Part shown: piece after piece, positions 58,869-64,000 of the stretch
Numbering within the stretch: position 1 is the first letter of the stretch
Layout of the letters: each line of letters starts with the position of its first letter
Source of the DNA: Candidatus Tidjanibacter gallistercoris
GTDB lineage: Bacteria > Bacteroidota > Bacteroidia > Bacteroidales > Rikenellaceae
Assembly (NCBI GenBank): GCA_019114205.1
Contig: DXFY01000075.1
Span: 15,297-79,296 of the forward strand
Reading direction: 5' to 3'
DNA length: 64,000 bases
Notes under the pieces: model-generated
Told to the model about the DNA's origin: nothing
The model's database searches: none
The model's input: the letters and a program-made list of their open reading frames with translations, nothing else
Translations under genes and position numbers: made by a program

Positions 58869-61082
58869 ATGGAATACACGGAGATACAACCGGAAGAAAC
58901 ACAGAAAACCGGCACGGAACGGTATGCCGGCTTTCGGAACCTGATAGCGCATACGTTCAACGACCAGAGCCGGCAGGACATTACGGCCGCCTTCGAGACG
59001 GCCCGCACAGCGCTCGACGGCATGCTGCGGTACGACGGAACGCCGCTGTTCGACCACTCGGTACGCACTGCCGAAATCGTCATATCCGAAATAGGACTCG
59101 GCCGCAACTCGACCATTTCCACCCTACTGCACGACGTGGCCCGGCTGGGGCTCATCGACGCCGACACCATCGAGAAGCGGTTCGGCACGATACCGGTAAG
59201 CATCCTCGAAGGGCTGAACCTCATATCGAAGGTACGGACGAAAGAGGCCATTTCGCAGGCCGACAACTTCCGCGACCTCATCGTCTCCTACTCCACCGAC
59301 CCGCGCATCATCCTCATCAAGCTGGCCGACCGGTTGGAGGTGATGCGCTCGCTGGACATGTTCCCCGAAGCGAAACGGCGCAAGAAGAGCTGGGAAAGCA
59401 TGAACCTATACGCGCAGATAGCCCACAAGCTCGGCCTGTATTCCATCAAGAGCGAGTTGGAAGACATCGCGCTGCGGTACCTCGAACCGGAAGATTACGC
59501 CTACATCAGCCGCAAGCTGGAGGAAAGTTCCGCCGAACGCGACCGCTTCATCGCGGAGTTCGTCGCTCCGATACGCGAAAAGCTCGACGCACAGGGCATC
59601 CGATACCACATGAAGGGACGTACCAAATCGGTCTATTCCATCTGGCGCAAGATGAAACGCACGGGCATTCCCTTCGACGAGGTGTACGACATCTTCGCCA
59701 TCCGCATCATCGTGGACTGTCCGGTGGAAAACGAGAAACAGCTCTGCTGGAACATCTACTCAATCGTGACGGATTTCTATACCCCCAACCCCGACCGGAT
59801 GCGGGACTGGATTTCCATCCCCAAATCGAACGGCTACGAATCGCTTCACACCACGGTCGTCACCAAGGACGGACACTGGGTGGAAATCCAAATACGTTCC
59901 GAACGCATGGACGAAGTGGCCGAGCGCGGCATTGCGGCGCACTGGCGCTACAAGGGCGTGCACGGCGGCGGCAGCCGCAATGAGGAATGGCTCGCCCGCC
60001 TGCGCGAAATCATGGAGGAGAGTACGAACAAGAGCCAGATTGCGAACAGAATCGACACGGAAAGCACCTCGGAGGAGGTCTTCGTCTTCACCCCGGCCGG
60101 CGACCTGCGCAAGCTGCCCAAAGGAGCCACGGTACTCGACTTCGCTTTCGACATACATACCCACGTGGGTGCGACCTGCACGGGAGCGAAGATAGGCGGC
60201 CGGAACGTCCCCATGAAAGAGGAGTTGCACAACGGCGACATCGTGAACATCGTCACCTCGAAAACGCAGAGGCCCAAGGCCGACTGGCTGAACTACGTCG
60301 TGACGCCCAGGGCACGGAACAAAATCAGGGCCTGCCTGCGGGAGGAAGAGGCGAAAGCCTCCAGACTGGGACGCGAAGAACTGGAACGCAAACTGAAAAA
60401 CTGGAAACTGAACATTCCCATCGATGACGCAGTCATCGCGCTCACGAAATACTACAAATACAAAACGGGGACGGAACTCTACGAAGCCATCGCGAACGGG
60501 ACGACGGACATCGCCGAGATGAAGGACATCGTCGCGCGCTACCTGGCCGGAGAACTTTTCGAGAGCAGGGCGAAACCGCCGCAGCCTGTCGTCCGGCCCG
60601 CGCCCGAAAAGGAACAGGGGGGCGACGCACTGGTCATCGACGACTCCATCCGGGGGCTCGACTACAAACTGGCCAAGTGCTGCAACCCCATTTTCGGGGA
60701 CGACATTTTCGGATTCACCACTGTGTCGTCCGGCATCACCATCCACCGCAGCGACTGCCCCAATGCCCGCAGGCTGCGGCAGCAATATCCCTACCGCGTG
60801 CTGGAAGCCCGCTGGCGAAGCGCCGCCGGGCAGGGCAGTTTCCTGGCATCGGTACGCATCGTGGCGGAAGATACGACCGGCATGGTGAATCGGATAACCG
60901 AGGTCGTTACCGGCGAACTCAGAATCAACATCCGTTCCATGAGCCTCAGCCCCATGCGTGAAGGCAAAATCGGCGGAACAATCAACATTGAGGTACCCAG
61001 CACGGCCGTGGTGGACATGGTCGCCGCGAACCTTATGAAAATAAAAGGAGTGGAAAAGGCCTACCGCATCACGAAACAGTGA
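58869..61082 (+). CDS. relA: Long RelA/SpoT homologue ((p)ppGpp synthetase) with HD, SYNTH, TGS, ZFD and ACT domains
   Basis: KLADRL, GRTKS.YSIW.KM, DIFAIRI, YESLHTTV, EIQIRS, FTP.G..LP.GAT.LDFAF.IH and AKCCNP. Confidence 0.9.
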   Translation: MEYTEIQPEETQKTGTERYAGFRNLIAHTFNDQSRQDITAAFETARTALDGMLRYDGTPLFDHSVRTAEIVISEIGLGRNSTISTLLHDVARLGLIDADTIEKRFGTIPVSILEGLNLISKVRTKEAISQADNFRDLIVSYSTDPRIILIKLADRLEVMRSLDMFPEAKRRKKSWESMNLYAQIAHKLGLYSIKSELEDIALRYLEPEDYAYISRKLEESSAERDRFIAEFVAPIREKLDAQGIRYHMKGRTKSVYSIWRKMKRTGIPFDEVYDIFAIRIIVDCPVENEKQLCWNIYSIVTDFYTPNPDRMRDWISIPKSNGYESLHTTVVTKDGHWVEIQIRSERMDEVAERGIAAHWRYKGVHGGGSRNEEWLARLREIMEESTNKSQIANRIDTESTSEEVFVFTPAGDLRKLPKGATVLDFAFDIHTHVGATCTGAKIGGRNVPMKEELHNGDIVNIVTSKTQRPKADWLNYVVTPRARNKIRACLREEEAKASRLGREELERKLKNWKLNIPIDDAVIALTKYYKYKTGTELYEAIANGTTDIAEMKDIVARYLAGELFESRAKPPQPVVRPAPEKEQGGDALVIDDSIRGLDYKLAKCCNPIFGDDIFGFTTVSSGITIHRSDCPNARRLRQQYPYRVLEARWRSAAGQGSFLASVRIVAEDTTGMVNRITEVVTGELRINIRSMSLSPMREGKIGGTINIEVPSTAVVDMVAANLMKIKGVEKAYRITKQ

Positions 61083-61410
61083 CTCCGGCGCCCGCATCCC
61101 CCGACCGTTCCCGCACGTTTCCATATCTGCGGGATAATGACTACTTTTGTTTGCCGCGTCCCGTCCCCGGTTGCAGCATGGACGGAAGCGACAGGGAAAG
61201 GGTGCCGCAAGGCAATCCGCCGGACGTTCCCGCGCCCGGAACGCATTTCGACCGGCCCCGGCTGGCGGAATGCGGGACAGCCTTCCGCCGGCAGGATGCG
61301 GCCCGTACGCTCCTCCACGCTCGCAAGACGACGGAAAGAAACAAACGAACGACCGCGTTGCACTTGAAACGGAACGCGCCAGACATAATTACCGAAACAC
61401 GACTTTGCCT

Positions 61411-63255
61411 ATGTGCGGAATAGTGGGATACGTGGGAAGCAAGGATGCTTACCCAATCTTGATAAAAGGGCTTCACCGGCTCGAATACAGGGGATACGAC
61501 AGTGCGGGCATCGCGCTGATAAATCCGGCGGGGAAACTCAACGTATATAAATCGAAAGGAAAGGTAGCCGAGCTCGAACGCTTCGTGGAGGACAAGGATA
61601 CGGCCGGAACGATAGGCATCGCCCACACGCGCTGGGCCACCCACGGCGAACCGAACGATACCAATGCGCATCCGCACTACTCCGAGAACGGTTCGATAGC
61701 GCTCATCCACAACGGCATCATCGAGAATTACGGCGTACTCAAAACCATGCTCACGGAGAAGGGATACACATTCCGCAGCGACACGGACACCGAAGTGCTC
61801 GTACAGTTCATCGACTACCTCCATACGGAAAACGGATGCACGCTCTTCGAGGCGGTACAGGCTGCGCTGAACCAGGTCATCGGCGCCTACGCCATCGCGG
61901 TGCTCGACCGCAACAACAGCGACGAAATCATCGCTGCCCGCAAGAGCAGTCCGCTCGTGGTGGGCATCGGCGACGGCGAATACTTCCTCGCTTCGGACGC
62001 CACGCCGATTGTGGAATACGTCCGGGACGTGGTCTATCTGAACGACGGCGAAATCGCGGTCATCAACCGCAACAAGCCCCTCAAGGTCGTAAACCTGGAT
62101 AACATCGAATCGAAAATCGACATCCGCAAGCTGGAGATGAACATTTCGGAGCTCGAAAAAGGAGGATATCCGCATTTCATGCTCAAGGAAATATTCGAAC
62201 AGCCACGCACCGTCACCGACTGCATCCGGGGCCGCATCAATACCGAGGGTACGAACGTAGTGCTGTCGGGTATCCTCGACAACCGGGAACGATTTCTCGG
62301 TGCACGGCGCATCATCTTCGTGGCGTGCGGTACTTCGTGGCATGCCGGTCTCATCGGCGAATACCTGTTCGAAGACCTCTGCAACATCGAGGTGAAAGTG
62401 GAATACGCTTCGGAATTCCGCTACCGCAACCCGGTCATCCATCCCGACGACGTGGTCATCGCCATTTCTCAGTCCGGGGAAACGGCCGACACGCTGGCCG
62501 CCATCGAACTGGCCAAGAGCAAAGGGGCATTCGTCTACGGCATCTGCAATGTCGTCGGCTCCTCGATAGCCCGTGCGACGCACTCCGGCACCTACATCCA
62601 CGTCGGCCCCGAAATAGGCGTCGCCTCCACCAAGGCGTTCACCGGGCAGGTCACCGTACTGGTCATGATGGCCATGATGATTGCCCGGATGAAAGGACTC
62701 GTAGACGAAGAGAAATACCGGAAAACGCTGCGGGAACTGATTGCCATGCCCGACTGCATCGAGCAGGTGCTCGGACAGCACGAACATATCAAATCGGTAG
62801 CCTCGATATTCACCTATGCCCGCAACTTCCTCTACCTGGGACGCGGATACAATTACCCGACGGCGATGGAAGGCGCCCTCAAGCTGAAAGAAATTTCCTA
62901 CATCCATGCCGAAGGTTGCCCGGCCGCCGAGATGAAGCACGGCACCATCGCACTCATCGACAACGAGATGCCCACCATCGTCATCGCCACCAACGGCAGC
63001 GTGTACGAAAAGACCATCAGTAACATCCAGGAGATAAAAGCCCGCGGCGGCAAGGTAATCGCGGTCGTCAGCGAAAGCGACTGCATCGTGGCCGGTATGG
63101 CGGACTACTGCTTCCGGATACCGGAAACGGCCGAATGCCTGACGCCGCTGCTCTCCTCCGTCCCGTTGCAGCTCTTCGCCTACTACATCGCGGTGAACAA
63201 GGGACGCAACGTGGACCAGCCGCGTAACCTCGCCAAATCCGTTACGGTGGAATAG
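61411..63255 (+). CDS. glmS: Glutamine--fructose-6-phosphate aminotransferase
   Basis: MCGIVGY, RGYDSAG, HTRWATHG, SQSGETADT, EGALKLKE and DQPRNLAKSVTVE. Confidence 0.98.
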   Translation: MCGIVGYVGSKDAYPILIKGLHRLEYRGYDSAGIALINPAGKLNVYKSKGKVAELERFVEDKDTAGTIGIAHTRWATHGEPNDTNAHPHYSENGSIALIHNGIIENYGVLKTMLTEKGYTFRSDTDTEVLVQFIDYLHTENGCTLFEAVQAALNQVIGAYAIAVLDRNNSDEIIAARKSSPLVVGIGDGEYFLASDATPIVEYVRDVVYLNDGEIAVINRNKPLKVVNLDNIESKIDIRKLEMNISELEKGGYPHFMLKEIFEQPRTVTDCIRGRINTEGTNVVLSGILDNRERFLGARRIIFVACGTSWHAGLIGEYLFEDLCNIEVKVEYASEFRYRNPVIHPDDVVIAISQSGETADTLAAIELAKSKGAFVYGICNVVGSSIARATHSGTYIHVGPEIGVASTKAFTGQVTVLVMMAMMIARMKGLVDEEKYRKTLRELIAMPDCIEQVLGQHEHIKSVASIFTYARNFLYLGRGYNYPTAMEGALKLKEISYIHAEGCPAAEMKHGTIALIDNEMPTIVIATNGSVYEKTISNIQEIKARGGKVIAVVSESDCIVAGMADYCFRIPETAECLTPLLSSVPLQLFAYYIAVNKGRNVDQPRNLAKSVTVE

Positions 63256-63288
63256 CCGGGGCCACACGGAATACAGAAGCACGATTTT

Positions 63289-64000
63289 ATGGAAACGACG
63301 AACAAAGAAGAGCTGCGCACCGAAAGGGCGGCGTTAGTCGCGGTCGTCCGGGACAGGCAGGAAGTGAGCCGAAGCGAGGAGTATCTCGACGAACTGGAGT
63401 TCCTCGCCGAAACCGCCGGTATCACCACAGTAAAACGTTTCATGCAGAAACTCCCCTCGCCCAACTCGCGCACCTACGTGGGCCCCGGCAAGCTGGAGGA
63501 GATAGCGACCTGGACGGCGGAAAACGAAATCGACATCGTCATCTTCGACGACGAACTGTCGCCTTCGCAGACGCACAACATCGAGAAGGCGCTCGGCCGC
63601 CGCATCACCGACCGCACGCGGCTCATTCTGGACATCTTCGTACAGCGGGCGCAGACGGCCTACGCCAAGACGCAGGTGAAGCTGGCGCAGTACGAATACA
63701 TGCTGCCGCGTCTGACGGGCATGTGGACGCACCTGGAACGGCAGCGCGGCGGCACCGGAACGCGCGGCGGAGCGGGCGAACGCGAAATCGAAACCGACCG
63801 CCGCGTCATCCGCAACAACATCGCCAAGCTGAAGGAAGACCTGAAGAAAATCGACCGGCAGATGGCCGTCCAGCGGAGCAACCGCGGCAGCCTCGTGCGC
63901 GTATCGCTCGTCGGATACACCAACGTGGGAAAATCCACGCTGATGAACCTGATAAGCAAAAGCGACGTATTCGCCGAGAACAAGCTCTTCGCCACGCTCG
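63289..64000 (+). CDS. hflX: GTPase HflX, truncated by window edge
   Basis: Hand translation: METTNKEELRTERAALV..EYLDELEFLAETAG, YVGPGKLEE, DRT.LILDIF..RA, GERE.ETDRR and VGYTNVGKSTLMN. Confidence 0.95.
   Translation, partial: METTNKEELRTERAALVAVVRDRQEVSRSEEYLDELEFLAETAGITTVKRFMQKLPSPNSRTYVGPGKLEEIATWTAENEIDIVIFDDELSPSQTHNIEKALGRRITDRTRLILDIFVQRAQTAYAKTQVKLAQYEYMLPRLTGMWTHLERQRGGTGTRGGAGEREIETDRRVIRNNIAKLKEDLKKIDRQMAVQRSNRGSLVRVSLVGYTNVGKSTLMNLISKSDVFAENKLFATL

Noticed and set aside
61083-61410. glmS ribozyme
   Set aside because: Only a short GCGCCAGA resemblance near the start codon; the downstream conserved core and pseudoknot elements are absent.
390-63995. Numerous long antisense or alternate-frame ORFs in the track (e.g. 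390-1847, 8561-10102, 39105-40805, 40724-43432, 55121-57283, 61141-63282)
   Set aside because: They overlap well-supported genes, are Arg/Ala/Gly/Pro-rich without family motifs, and are expected shadows of high-GC codon usage.

Overview
GC-rich (about 60% by eye) chromosomal housekeeping window from a Bacteroidales bacterium. It is probably Rikenellaceae/Alistipes-like; this is inferred from the TAnnTTTG promoters, gene content and codon style. I support about 57 CDS (two truncated at the window edges) and three tRNAs that the ORF track misses: Ala-GGC, Glu-CTC and Glu-TTC. I found no integrase, transposase, prophage, CRISPR array or recognisable defence system, and most extra ORFs in the track are antisense or alternate-frame shadows. 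The most interesting signals are small. (1) Two 36-bp perfect palindromes 5.4 kb apart have identical ends and loop core but a covarying inner stem. (2) A BlaI/M56 pair has tandem AACTA-N7-TAGTT palindromes over its promoter, and the M56 protein has a low-GC C-terminus with two ExbD-like segments. (3) A cysteine-dioxygenase-like cupin keeps the full thiol-dioxygenase motif set in a presumably anaerobic lineage. (4) A tandem, promoter-bearing hairpin element lies upstream of argS. (5) A GH31 protein appears to have lost its acid/base residue. There are also several local duplications and VNTRs in unusually long intergenic spacers. All calls are by eye, without database searches.
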